The notes under the pieces were generated by a model, which was given only the letters and a program-made list of their open reading frames with translations, did not search any database and was not told where the DNA came from. The translations under genes and the position numbers were made by a program. From an uncultured Eubacteriales bacterium (GTDB lineage Bacteria > Bacillota > Clostridia > Oscillospirales > QAKW01), in assembly GCA_902492505.1 (NCBI GenBank), contig CABULU010000001.1:7601-71600 (forward strand): a DNA stretch of 64,000 bases, read 5' to 3'. Numbering within the stretch: position 1 is the first letter of the stretch; the number at the start of each line of letters is the position of its first letter. Below, piece after piece: positions 28,171-38,738 of the stretch.

Positions 28171-28201
28171 AAAGACACACAGCTAAAAACCGTGTGTCTT
28201 T
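28171..28201 (-). terminator. hairpin after mini-XRE gene A
   Basis: aaagacacac / gtgtgtcttt stem overlapping the stop codon. The T-run is weak. Confidence 0.45.
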
Positions 28202-28410
28202 TAAATTAATTTGCGAAAATTTGGTATAAGTCCTAAAACATAATCCGCAGATACATTATAATACTTACAAAAAATTATCAAAATATCGCTTGGTAGTACA
28301 CGAAGTCCGTTTTCGTAGCGCTCATATGATTTTTTTGAAATACACGCAATTTCGGCACATTCCTTTTGTGTCAAATCGTTATCTTCCCGCAAGTCTCGTA
28401 ATCTATTCAT
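28201..28410 (-). CDS. mini XRE-family HTH protein A (69 aa)
   Basis: MNRLRDLREDNDLTQKECAEIACISKKSYERYENG...SADYVLGL is a single HTH_3-like domain. RBS GAGGAAG. Confidence 0.8.
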   Translation of the reverse strand: MNRLRDLREDNDLTQKECAEIACISKKSYERYENGLRVLPSDILIIFCKYYNVSADYVLGLIPNFRKLI

Positions 28411-28437
28411 ACTCTTCCTCTATATAAATATTACCTA

Positions 28438-28466
28438 TTGACATTATAGACAATTTGGTCTATAAT
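28438..28466 (+). promoter_or_regulatory. consensus sigma-A promoter on the plus strand with an operator embedded in its spacer
   Basis: TTGACA (28438-28443), 17 nt spacer, TATAAT (28461-28466). The TAGAC-N6-GTCTA palindrome (28447-28462) fills the spacer. Confidence 0.55.
28447..28462. promoter_or_regulatory. operator-like palindrome TAGAC-AATTTG-GTCTA (perfect half-sites)
   Basis: Read from the sequence. Confidence 0.6.
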
Positions 28467-28476
28467 AAGACAAAAA

Positions 28477-28492
28477 TAGACCATATAGTATA
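28477..28492. promoter_or_regulatory. operator-like palindrome TAGAC-CATATA-GTATA (one mismatch)
   Basis: Read from the sequence, 30 bp from the previous site. Confidence 0.5.
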
Positions 28493-28500
28493 AGACGGCT

Positions 28501-28713
28501 TTAATATAATTTTCTAAATTCGTTAATTAAGCCTAAAATGTAATCAGCTGATACATTATAGTATTTACAAAACGCTATCAAGACATCGCTTGGTATTACA
28601 TTCAGGCAATTTTCGTATCTCTCATACGATTTTTTTGAAATAAAAGCTATCTTTGCGCATTGCTCCTGTGTTAAGTTGTTATCTTCGCGCAAATTTCTTA
28701 ATCTATTCATCAT
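28501..28713 (-). CDS. mini XRE-family HTH protein B (69-70 aa), tandem paralog of A
   Basis: 53 of 69 residues are identical to A by hand alignment. RBS AGGTGGTGAG. Confidence 0.8.
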   Translation of the reverse strand: MMNRLRNLREDNNLTQEQCAKIAFISKKSYERYENCLNVIPSDVLIAFCKYYNVSADYILGLINEFRKLY

Positions 28714-28734
28714 TTTATCTCACCACCTATAATA

Positions 28735-28750
28735 TAGTCTATATGGTCTA
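28735..28750. promoter_or_regulatory. operator-like palindrome TAGTC-TATATG-GTCTA (one mismatch)
   Basis: Read from the sequence. Its reverse complement matches site 28477-28492 at 14 of 16 positions. Confidence 0.5.
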
Positions 28751-28764
28751 TTTTGTGTGGATTT

Positions 28765-28780
28765 TAGACTTTTTAGTCTA
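28765..28780. promoter_or_regulatory. operator-like palindrome TAGAC-TTTTTA-GTCTA (perfect half-sites)
   Basis: Read from the sequence, 30 bp from the previous site and 24 nt upstream of the gene C ATG. Confidence 0.6.
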
Positions 28781-28803
28781 CAAAAAAGATAAAAGGCAAG
28801 ACT

Positions 28804-29016
28804 ATGAAACTTCGTTTAAAAGAAATAAGGATAAAAAACGGTTTAACAAAAAGAGACGTAGCTAGAATTATTGGTATTACAACTGTAAAATATTTCCTCT
28901 ATGAAAATAAGATTTTAAAAATACATGCAAATGAATTAATAATAATCTGCAAACACATTAATGTTTCCAGTAATTTCCTGTTAGGCTTATCCGATGAATA
29001 CAAAAAACTCTACTAA
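28804..29016 (+). CDS. mini XRE-family HTH protein C (70 aa)
   Basis: MKLRLKEIRIKNGLTKRDVARIIGITTVKYFLYEN...SSNFLLGLSDEYKKLY. Confidence 0.75.
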   Translation: MKLRLKEIRIKNGLTKRDVARIIGITTVKYFLYENKILKIHANELIIICKHINVSSNFLLGLSDEYKKLY

Positions 29017-29030
29017 AAGGATAATTTGTT

Positions 29031-29249
29031 TTGAAAAATACTATACGTCTAAAAGAAATTAGAATTCAAAATCATATGACGCAAAGCCAAGTCGCAGAAG
29101 CGATTGATATTTCCGTGCGCCAATATCAAAAAATCGAGAATTTACAGTCAGAACTTAAGCTCTCTAAAATTGTAAAATTCTGCCGATTATTTGATGTAAG
29201 CATTGCATACTTCTTAGGCGAAACGGACGAATATCAAAGCTATTATTAA
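29031..29249 (+). CDS. mini XRE-family HTH protein D (72 aa, TTG start)
   Basis: IRLKEIRIQNHMTQSQVAEAIDISVRQYQKIEN...IAYFLGETDEY. AAAGGA lies 9 nt upstream of the TTG. Confidence 0.7.
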   Translation: MKNTIRLKEIRIQNHMTQSQVAEAIDISVRQYQKIENLQSELKLSKIVKFCRLFDVSIAYFLGETDEYQSYY

Positions 29250-29254
29250 AAATA

Positions 29255-29292
29255 ACACCAGCGGGCGGGGATTTCTCCCCGCCCGCTGGTGT
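29255..29292. terminator. strong bidirectional terminator between mini-XRE gene D and gyrA
   Basis: 17-bp perfect stem acaccagcgggcgggga / tccccgcccgctggtgt with loop tttc, flanked by A- and T-runs. Confidence 0.85.
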
Positions 29293-29347
29293 TTCTTAAT
29301 TTTTATGCAAAGTTTTTAAAAATAAAAACTCACATACTAAATATATA

Positions 29348-31849
29348 TTATTCGGCTGCCGTTCCGGAGCTTTCCTCCGGCTTTTCAGCCTCCGCGCTCT
29401 CCTCTTTCTCGGTGCGCGAAATATCAATAATCCGCACGCCCTCCTCAAGCCGCACAATCCGCACGCCCTGAGTCGTCCGCGAAAGAACCGGGATTTCACT
29501 GACAGCAGTTCTCAAAACCGCCGCGCCTGATGTCAGCAGCAATATGTCGTTGTTATCGTCAACAACGCTTATCGCCGCGATATTGCCCGTACGCTCGGTA
29601 ATATTATAATTCATTATACCCTTTCCGCCGCGCGTCTGCATTCTGTAATCGCTAAGCTGCGAGCGCTTTCCGTAACCCTTTTCGGTTACGGACAATAGCG
29701 TCGCGTTTTCACGCTCAACCGCCATACCGATAAGATAATCGTCCTCGTCAAGCCGGATTCCGCGCACGCCGCGGGTCACCCTGCCCATGCTGCGCACGTC
29801 GTTTTCATTAAACTTTATCGCCTTGCCGCGGTTGGTCGCCAAAATTATATTATCATCGCCCGTTGTGCGCACAACCGACTCAAGCTCGTCGCCCTCGTCC
29901 GTAATAATCGCAATAACGCCGCTCTTGCGAATGTTCGCATAATCCATTATCGGTGTTTTCTTGACCGTGCCATTACGCGTTGACATGAGCATATACTCGC
30001 CGTCGTTAAACTCACGCACGCGTATCATGGAAGTTACCTTTTCGCCCGACATGAGCGGCAGCAGATTTATAACATTCGTTCCCTTTGAAAACCGGGAACC
30101 CGCCGCAATCTCAAAGCCGCGGCTTTTATAGGCGCGACCCAAGTTGGTGAAAAATATAATAGTGTCATGCGTCGAGCCGACAAACATCTCGCGCACAACG
30201 TCCTCCTGCTTGGTCGTCATACCGCGTACGCCAACTCCGCCGCGGTGCTGCGAACGGTATTCCGAAACGGCAATTCTCTTGACATAGCCCGCATTGGTCA
30301 GTGTGAACACGCAGTCCTCAACAGGAATTAAGTCCTCGTCCTCAATTCCCACCTCGCCGACGCCGATTTCGGTGCGGCGTGCGTCGCCGTACTTACGTTT
30401 AATCTCCAAAAGGTCGGTTTTTATTATCTCAACAACGCGGCTGTCATGCGCCAAAATATCCTCAAGCTCCGCAATTTTCTGCTCCAGCTCCGCGTATTCG
30501 CTTTCAATCTTATCGCGCTCCAGTCCCGAAAGCTGTCCCAAACGCATATCCACAATCGCCTGTGCCTGAACGTCGTCCAGCTCAAAGCGCTCCATGAGCG
30601 CTGTCTTTGCGTCCGAAATCGACTTGCTCTTTTTGATTATCTCGATAACCTCGTCGATATAGTCAATCGCCTTTATAAGACCTTCCAATATATGGGCGCG
30701 GGCACGCGCCTTTGCAATATCAAACTGCGTGCGGCGGATGATTACGTTTTTCTGGTGCTTTATGTATTCAGACAGGATTTCCTTGAGGTTTAACACCTTG
30801 GGCACGTTATTGACAAGCGCAATCATTATCGCCGAGCAGGTAACCTGCATGTCGGTGTACTTGTAAAGCTGGTTTAAGACAACCTGCGGATTTGCCTCGC
30901 GTTTCAGCTCGATAACAAAGCGCAGACCGTCCTTGTCGCTCTCGTCGCGTATATCGGAAATGCCGAAAATCCGCTCGCCCTTGACCTCCTCCGCTATCTT
31001 TTCGATAAGCGCGCTTTTACGGACGCCGTAAGGGATTTCGGTCACCGCAATGCGGAAGCGACCGTCCTTATACTCCTCAATTTCCGCCTTGGCGCGGACA
31101 TAAATCTTGCCGCGACCGGTACGGTAGGCGTTGCGGATGCCCGTTTTGCCCATGATTATGCCGCCGGTCGGAAAATCAGGGCCTTTGATGTATTCCATAA
31201 GCCCGTCGATTTCAAGCTCAGGGTTTTCCATCAGCGCAATCGTGCCGTCAATAACCTCGTTTAAGTTATGCGGCGGAATTTCAGTCGCCATGCCGACGGC
31301 GATTCCCGACGAGCCGTTTACAAGCAGGTTGGGAAAACGCGCGGGCAGAACCGACGGCTCCTGACCCTTATCGTCAAAGTTGGGCACAAAATCAACCGTG
31401 TCTTTACGAATATCGGTCAGCATTTCGAGCGCGATTTTTTTCATCCGCGCCTCGGTGTAACGGTAAGCCGCGGGCGGGTCGCCGTCAATCGAACCGAAGT
31501 TGCCCTGACCGTCTACAAGCGGATAGCGAAGAGAAAACGTCTGCGCCAAACGCACCATTGCGTCATAGACGGACGCGTCGCCGTGCGGGTGGTAATGTCC
31601 CAGCACGTCGCCGACCGTTGTAACCGATTTTCTGTAAGGCTTGTCGGGGGTCAACCCCGCCTCAAACATAGTATAGAGTATGCGGCGGTGAACAGGCTTC
31701 AGTCCGTCACGCACGTCCGGCAGCGCGCGGCTGACAATAACGCTCATCGCGTAGTCCAAAAACGCGTTGCGCACCTCTTTTTCAACGTCAATTTCTATGA
31801 CGTTCTGACCCTCAAAGCTTATTTCACTGCTGTGTTTAACTTCTTCCAT
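29348..31849 (-). CDS. gyrA: DNA gyrase subunit A
   Basis: [34 protein letters not shown], a GyrA-box-like [10 protein letters not shown] and an acidic C-terminal tail. Confidence 0.95.
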   Translation of the reverse strand: MEEVKHSSEISFEGQNVIEIDVEKEVRNAFLDYAMSVIVSRALPDVRDGLKPVHRRILYTMFEAGLTPDKPYRKSVTTVGDVLGHYHPHGDASVYDAMVRLAQTFSLRYPLVDGQGNFGSIDGDPPAAYRYTEARMKKIALEMLTDIRKDTVDFVPNFDDKGQEPSVLPARFPNLLVNGSSGIAVGMATEIPPHNLNEVIDGTIALMENPELEIDGLMEYIKGPDFPTGGIIMGKTGIRNAYRTGRGKIYVRAKAEIEEYKDGRFRIAVTEIPYGVRKSALIEKIAEEVKGERIFGISDIRDESDKDGLRFVIELKREANPQVVLNQLYKYTDMQVTCSAIMIALVNNVPKVLNLKEILSEYIKHQKNVIIRRTQFDIAKARARAHILEGLIKAIDYIDEVIEIIKKSKSISDAKTALMERFELDDVQAQAIVDMRLGQLSGLERDKIESEYAELEQKIAELEDILAHDSRVVEIIKTDLLEIKRKYGDARRTEIGVGEVGIEDEDLIPVEDCVFTLTNAGYVKRIAVSEYRSQHRGGVGVRGMTTKQEDVVREMFVGSTHDTIIFFTNLGRAYKSRGFEIAAGSRFSKGTNVINLLPLMSGEKVTSMIRVREFNDGEYMLMSTRNGTVKKTPIMDYANIRKSGVIAIITDEGDELESVVRTTGDDNIILATNRGKAIKFNENDVRSMGRVTRGVRGIRLDEDDYLIGMAVERENATLLSVTEKGYGKRSQLSDYRMQTRGGKGIMNYNITERTGNIAAISVVDDNNDILLLTSGAAVLRTAVSEIPVLSRTTQGVRIVRLEEGVRIIDISRTEKEESAEAEKPEESSGTAAE

Positions 31850-31873
31850 TTTTATCTCCTAAACCGACGGTAA

Positions 31874-33808
<1,935 letters not shown>

Positions 33809-33839
33809 TCATATCAATTACCCCTGATAACAATATATA

Positions 33840-34118
33840 TCAAAAATCCGAACTTTCCGAACTTTTGTTCAAAAAGTCGCTTCGTTTAAGCAATGTGGTT
33901 GTTGAAATCTGAGAGATAAAAACATGCAGACCGTGCCCGTCGTCATATACAATAAAAGACTTGGGCAGTTCGTTTGTGACATAGGTCAGACGACCCGTTT
34001 TTTCAAAATTCGTTAAAAACTCGCGCGTTCTTACGGATACCGTAGTTTTATCTATATCATAAATGCCTATAACGCCCGATTTTCTGATTACAACGTCGTT
34101 TCCAAGATGTAAATACAT
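33840..34118 (-). CDS. remB: DUF370-family protein RemB/YaaB-like
   Basis: MYLHLGNDVVIRKSGVIGIYD...ISTTTLLKR, in the conserved position between recF and gyrB. Confidence 0.75.
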   Translation of the reverse strand: MYLHLGNDVVIRKSGVIGIYDIDKTTVSVRTREFLTNFEKTGRLTYVTNELPKSFIVYDDGHGLHVFISQISTTTLLKRSDFLNKSSESSDF

Positions 34119-35206
34119 TAAATTATCCTGCCGTCTTTCACTTTCAGAATATTACCGCGGTTTTTTACCTTTTGTGTCTCGCACGTCGAGAGTATACACT
34201 GCGCGTTATGAATTCCGTCAAGAATAAACGAGCGGCGCGTTCTGTCAAGCTCGGAAAGAATATCGTCAAGAATTATAACGGGATATTCCCCGCGCTTTTT
34301 ATATATAACCTCACTCTGTGCAAGTATAAGCGACAGCACAGATGAGCGTATCTGTCCCTGAGACCCGAAATGTTTTAAGCTCTTGCCGCCGTTCAAAACC
34401 AAAAAATCGTCTTTTTGCACACCGCTCTGTGTCAGCTGAAGCGAAATATCCGTGCTGCGTTTTGCCTCAAGGCGTGAAAAAATCGCGTTTTCCATTTGTT
34501 CCACGCTCTCGACATTCCTTGAAAACTGATTTATATACAACAGCTTGAGTTTTCCTTCATTTTTGGACATGCGCGCAAAAATATCCCGTGCAAAGGGTTC
34601 AAGACTTTCAAGATACCGCGCACGGGCAACGGATATATACGCACCCTCCGCGGCAAGTCTTCTGTCATAAACCTCCAGCAATTCACCACCCGACAGCAGC
34701 TCCGGCTTTTTAAGCAGCGCGTTTCGCTGCATTAAAAGCTTCTGATACCTCAGCAGAGTATCCGTATATTTTATGTCAAGCGAACACAGCGCCATATCCA
34801 AAAAGGAACGGCGCTTGTTTGGTCCTTCTTTTATGATGTTGAGATAATCCGGCGTAAAGACAATTGATAAAAATTCACCTATCAGCTCCCGGTTTTTTGA
34901 AACCAAGAGACCGTTCTTTTTAAGATTTTTTAAACCGCCCTTAAAAATCTCTATATCTATTTTACATACCGATTTGCCGCTTTCATATTCCAAAGAAATA
35001 CAGGCGCTGTCGCTGCCGTATCTTATCAGCTGTTCCTCACGACAGCCGCGAAAAGACTTGAGATAGGAGCAAAAAGCAATACTTTCCAAAATGTTTGTTT
35101 TTCCCTGCGCATTTTTTCCCGACAGAATATTTACTCCATCATTAAAGTATATCTTTTCAAACTGCACATTTCTGAAATTTTTAAGAGTCAGAGTTGAAAT
35201 TTTCAT
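34118..35206 (-). CDS. recF: DNA replication/repair protein RecF
   Basis: LKNFRN...LSGKNAQGKTNILE Walker A, SQGQIRS signature and ILDDILSELD Walker B. Confidence 0.9.
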   Translation of the reverse strand: MKISTLTLKNFRNVQFEKIYFNDGVNILSGKNAQGKTNILESIAFCSYLKSFRGCREEQLIRYGSDSACISLEYESGKSVCKIDIEIFKGGLKNLKKNGLLVSKNRELIGEFLSIVFTPDYLNIIKEGPNKRRSFLDMALCSLDIKYTDTLLRYQKLLMQRNALLKKPELLSGGELLEVYDRRLAAEGAYISVARARYLESLEPFARDIFARMSKNEGKLKLLYINQFSRNVESVEQMENAIFSRLEAKRSTDISLQLTQSGVQKDDFLVLNGGKSLKHFGSQGQIRSSVLSLILAQSEVIYKKRGEYPVIILDDILSELDRTRRSFILDGIHNAQCILSTCETQKVKNRGNILKVKDGRII

Positions 35207-36336
35207 TTGAGGTCAAGATTTAAGCGCATGGGAAGCACCATTGACAGAAAATCTTCACCTTCAACCGGCTCTAAGATAATAGGCGTAAGCTCAGTACACA
35301 AACGTATGAGAATTTCGTCTGCGTCACACGCCGAAAGTGCCTCCAGCATAAATTTATTGTTAAACCCGACAGTCAGCTTTTCGGCAAAATTAGGTACGTT
35401 TATAACCTCTGTAAACTTTCCTATGTTAGACGCCGTGGAAATTTTCACCGTGTCAAAGTCAAAATCGCACCTTATAGGGCTTTTTATTGCATTGCTGGTA
35501 ATAAGAGCCGCCCTGTCTATCATAGAGCGTAATTCGCGTGTTTTAACCCGTACCTTGAATTTGAAATCGGCGGGGATTACCTTTCTGTAATCCAAAAATT
35601 CACCCTCCAGCGTACGGGATATCATCACAAAGTTATCGTAACAGAACATCACATTCTTTTCCGACACACAGATACGGATATTGTTCTCACTCTCTTCGGG
35701 AAGAATATTCAAAAGCTCCTTGAGCGTTTTTGCAGGAACTATAAATTTATTTATATCACCGCTTTTATATTCAAAGCTTTCCCTTTTAAGCGACAGCCTG
35801 TACTGATCAAGTCCGACAGCGCTTATAAAGCTCTCGCTGTCGTTTATTTCAAACAGAATACCTGTCAGAATAGGTTTTAAATCAGTCTGTGACGCGGCAT
35901 ATACCGTGTGCTTTATAAGCCTTTTAAAAGCGGATACTGTAAGCTCCACACGATTTTCGTCAAGAACAGACGGAATCTCCGGAAAATCCTGCGGCGAAAC
36001 ACCCATAATGTTAAAGACTGTTCCCCCGCAGGATATCTTTATCTGATAGCTGTCGTCCGCCTCTATGTAAACATCCTCTCCTCCCGGAAGCTTTCTGACA
36101 ATATCGCTGAAAAGCTTTGCAGGGAAAATAATTGTGCCGTTTTCTACTGTATTTGCGTCAAACACGGCGCTGATAGCCACATTGAAGTCATAGGCGGATA
36201 TCTTTATCTTGCCGTCTTTTACCTCTGCTTTAATACCTTCAAGTGCTGTTATGGTGGATTTTACGGACGCCGCTTTTGAAACGACGTTTACCGCCTCACT
36301 GAGCTTGTCTCTCTGACAGACGAAGTTCATTTTCAT
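35203..36336 (-). CDS. dnaN: DNA polymerase III beta sliding clamp
   Basis: 377 aa directly downstream of dnaA with the typical three-domain length. 4-nt overlap with recF. Confidence 0.9.
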   Translation of the reverse strand: MKMNFVCQRDKLSEAVNVVSKAASVKSTITALEGIKAEVKDGKIKISAYDFNVAISAVFDANTVENGTIIFPAKLFSDIVRKLPGGEDVYIEADDSYQIKISCGGTVFNIMGVSPQDFPEIPSVLDENRVELTVSAFKRLIKHTVYAASQTDLKPILTGILFEINDSESFISAVGLDQYRLSLKRESFEYKSGDINKFIVPAKTLKELLNILPEESENNIRICVSEKNVMFCYDNFVMISRTLEGEFLDYRKVIPADFKFKVRVKTRELRSMIDRAALITSNAIKSPIRCDFDFDTVKISTASNIGKFTEVINVPNFAEKLTVGFNNKFMLEALSACDADEILIRLCTELTPIILEPVEGEDFLSMVLPMRLNLDLK

Positions 36337-36550
36337 TTCCTTTCTTTTCTTAACTTTAAAGAAGTATAAGCAGTAGTAGCCGTTAATTTGTTTAAAACCT
36401 TAAATACTTCTTTTGCTGCTTGAAAAAACGCTGTTCAAATTTTTTATAAAGCGCTGTTTAAAAGTAAAATATTATAAACACAGTCGAATTTTCGTTTTTT
36501 TCGGTTTTTGAAACGGTGGAAAACGATTAAAAATTTGTTTATAACTCTGT
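36337..36550. other. candidate oriC segment (dnaA-dnaN spacer) with degenerate DnaA-box cluster, trio-like array and AT-rich tract
   Basis: Box-like words: TGTTTAAAA (36389, 36455, 36548), TGTTCAAAT (36432), GGTGGAAAA (36515), TGTTTATAA (36536) and the inverse TTATAAACA (36472). The region is AT-rich. No perfect TTATCCACA was seen. Confidence 0.5.
36359..36379 (+). other. DnaA-trio-like array followed by a short GC cluster
   Basis: AAG AAG TAT AAG CAG TAG TAG then CCG. All seven triplets have a central A and six end in G. Confidence 0.35.
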
Positions 36551-37900
36551 TTAAAATTCTTTCTTTATGTTTTCCATCATCTCATGTATTATCTGATTAA
36601 ATTTCGAGTCGGTTTCGAGCTTTTCTTCAATTACCTTTATCGAATGAAGAACTGTGGAATGATTTTTTCCTCCGAACTCGTCCCCAATTATGGATAGAGA
36701 TGTATCGGTCATTTCGCGTGTTATGTACATGGCAACCTGTCTTGCAATCAGTATTTCCGCTTTGCGCTTTGCGCTGTAAATATCGTCCTTTGAAATATTG
36801 TAGTAGCGCGAAACATGGTCTACAATCATTTCGGGAGTTATGGTTGTATTTACGTTTTCCTTTATAACTGACTGAATGACATTTTGAATGATACCTATTG
36901 ATGGGGGCTGGTCGCTGAAAATCAACGAATATGCCTTTATTTTTTTAACCGCGCCCTCAAGCTCACGTACATTATTTTTTAGCTTTGTTGCTATGTAAGC
37001 AACAACATCGTCTGAAAGATTAAGGCTGAGGGATTCCGCCTTGCGTTTAATGATGGCAACGCGTGTTTCGTATTCGGGCGGCTGGATATCTGCGATAAGT
37101 CCCGATTCAAAGCGGGTTTTAAGCCTGTCCTCCAGTGTCGCCATGTCTTTGGGAGGACGGTCTGAAGTTACGATTATCTGTTTTTTAGCCTCATACAGTG
37201 CTTCAAATGTATGGAAAAATTCAAGCTCGGTAGAAACCTTTCCGCTTATAAACTGAATATCGTCTACAAGAAATACGTCTACATATCTGTATTTATTGCG
37301 GAATTCCGCCTGCTGGCTGTTGCGGATTGCCTGTATAATCTCGTTCATGAATTCTTCGCCCTTGACAAGCATAATGGTGGATTCGGGGCGGTTTTTCTTA
37401 ATTTCGTTTGCAATGGCGCACAAAAGGTGTGTTTTTCCGAGTCCCGATCTTCCGTAAATGAAAAAAGGGTTGTAAGCGCCGGCGGGGTTGTTTGCAACCG
37501 CTATTGAGGCGGCATGAGCGAATTTATTTTCGTCACCTACAACGAAATTTTCAAATGTCAGCTCTTCGTTCAGATTACCGATTTCTTTTTCCTCAAATTT
37601 AAAATCCTCCGCGTCCTTTATCTGAAGCGGGTTTGAAACCTTACGGCTCACATCTTCTTCAGACAAAATAACCGCTGTCACATCAAAGCCCATGGCCTCG
37701 GACAGCGCTCTTTCTATCTCGTCTTTAAACTTATTGTTTATAAGTACTTTCTGAAAGTTGGACTGTGCATATATATAAGCCGTATCGTTTTCAAAACGGA
37801 TAGGGCGCAGCAGCTTTATCCAGCTTTCGTATGATGTTATAGTAATTCTGTCACGAATAATAGACAGCGCCTTTTCCCATACATCATTAAATGAATCCAT
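36551..37900 (-). CDS. dnaA: chromosomal replication initiator DnaA
   Basis: FENFVVGDENKFAHAA, GRSGLGKTHLL Walker A, LVDDIQF and the C-terminal DNA-binding domain with GGKNHSTVLH. Confidence 0.95.
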   Translation of the reverse strand: MDSFNDVWEKALSIIRDRITITSYESWIKLLRPIRFENDTAYIYAQSNFQKVLINNKFKDEIERALSEAMGFDVTAVILSEEDVSRKVSNPLQIKDAEDFKFEEKEIGNLNEELTFENFVVGDENKFAHAASIAVANNPAGAYNPFFIYGRSGLGKTHLLCAIANEIKKNRPESTIMLVKGEEFMNEIIQAIRNSQQAEFRNKYRYVDVFLVDDIQFISGKVSTELEFFHTFEALYEAKKQIIVTSDRPPKDMATLEDRLKTRFESGLIADIQPPEYETRVAIIKRKAESLSLNLSDDVVAYIATKLKNNVRELEGAVKKIKAYSLIFSDQPPSIGIIQNVIQSVIKENVNTTITPEMIVDHVSRYYNISKDDIYSAKRKAEILIARQVAMYITREMTDTSLSIIGDEFGGKNHSTVLHSIKVIEEKLETDSKFNQIIHEMMENIKKEF

Positions 37901-38066
37901 GTCAATTCTCCTTATTATTTATACATCTTAAATTATACCATATATTAATGAAATTTGCAATAATTAATATAACTATATATTTAGTAGTATTATATATGTT
38001 ATATGTGTAAAATGCGTACAGACGGGTTGAAAATAGGTTAAAGCGGTGTTAAAATAAATTTACGGA
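37901..38066. other. extremely AT-rich dnaA upstream spacer (contains the dnaA promoter; possible second oriC part)
   Basis: Almost pure A/T from 37911 to about 38015. I could find no clear DnaA boxes here. Confidence 0.35.
37932..37960 (-). promoter_or_regulatory. sigma-A promoter of dnaA
   Basis: On the minus strand: TTGCAA (37960-37955), 17 nt spacer, TATAAT (37937-37932) with an extended TG. AAGGAGA RBS lies before the ATG. Confidence 0.55.
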
Positions 38067-38081
38067 ATGGGGGATATTCAG

Positions 38082-38531
38082 ATGATAAAAAAAGCAGATA
38101 TAAGCAATTTAATTACAGTAACCGAGCTGATGAAAATGCTGTGGGAAGAACATGATAATGATGAACTTTTATCTGAAAATGAAAAACTGTTAAAAAGTAA
38201 TAGCGATGCAGTTTTTCTTTATTTTGAGGAGTCGGGTAAGATAAAAGACCATGCTGTCGGCTTTGCTCAGTGCTCTCTCAGGTACGAGTATGTTGAGGGA
38301 ACAAAAAGCTCACCTGTCGGTTATCTTGAGGGTATATTTGTTTCAAAGTCGTATCGAAAAAGAAAAATAGCCTCTTCTCTTTTAACAGAATGTGAAAAAT
38401 GGGCAAAAAGTATGGGATGCACTGAATTTGCAAGCGATTGTGAAATAACAAACAATACAAGTTTCAGCTGGCATTTAAATGCAGGCTTTGAAGAGGTAAA
38501 TAGAATAATTTGCTTTAAAAAAAGTATATAA
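38082..38531 (+). CDS. GNAT acetyltransferase resembling AAC(6')-I aminoglycoside N-acetyltransferases
   Basis: GFAQCSLRYEYVEGTKSSPVGYLEGIFVSKSYRKRKIAS...GCTEFASDCEITNNTSFSWHLNAGFEEVNRIICFKKSI aligns by eye with the AAC(6')-Iy-type core (SSPVVFLEGIFV...GC.EMASD...N..S...H..LGFEE..R...F.K). Start at ATG 38082 (GGGGGA RBS); alternative start at 38067. Confidence 0.65.
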   Translation: MIKKADISNLITVTELMKMLWEEHDNDELLSENEKLLKSNSDAVFLYFEESGKIKDHAVGFAQCSLRYEYVEGTKSSPVGYLEGIFVSKSYRKRKIASSLLTECEKWAKSMGCTEFASDCEITNNTSFSWHLNAGFEEVNRIICFKKSI

Positions 38532-38738
38532 AAAGAAGAACACAAGGCAGAGACTTCTTCTATCGCAGTCTTTTTTTGTGATCTACTTTACGCGCTTTGA
38601 ATTATATTTAATACTTATATTTCTGAAAACAAATTATATGAAAAAAGATAATGAGGCCCCATTTTTACTAAAATTTCAACTAAACCCAGGGTTGAATGCC
38701 GTTAAGCCGACATGTTATTTCAAATGGGAAAAATATGT

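Noticed and set aside
28653-28865. 70-aa plus-strand ORF spanning the 5' end of mini-XRE gene B and the divergent spacer
   Set aside because: It overlaps a well-supported HTH gene and the operator region, runs out of frame into gene C, and has a Lys/Phe/Tyr-rich low-complexity translation.
29428-29468. 14-nt direct repeat AATCCGCACGCCCT x2
   Set aside because: It lies within the gyrA C-terminal domain and encodes the repeated GVRI peptide of adjacent blades. It is a coding repeat, not a regulatory or mobile element.
37901-38066. Search for canonical DnaA boxes (TTATCCACA) upstream of dnaA
   Set aside because: I found none with two or fewer mismatches by eye. The spacer is reported only as AT-rich promoter DNA and a possible second origin part, not as a box cluster.
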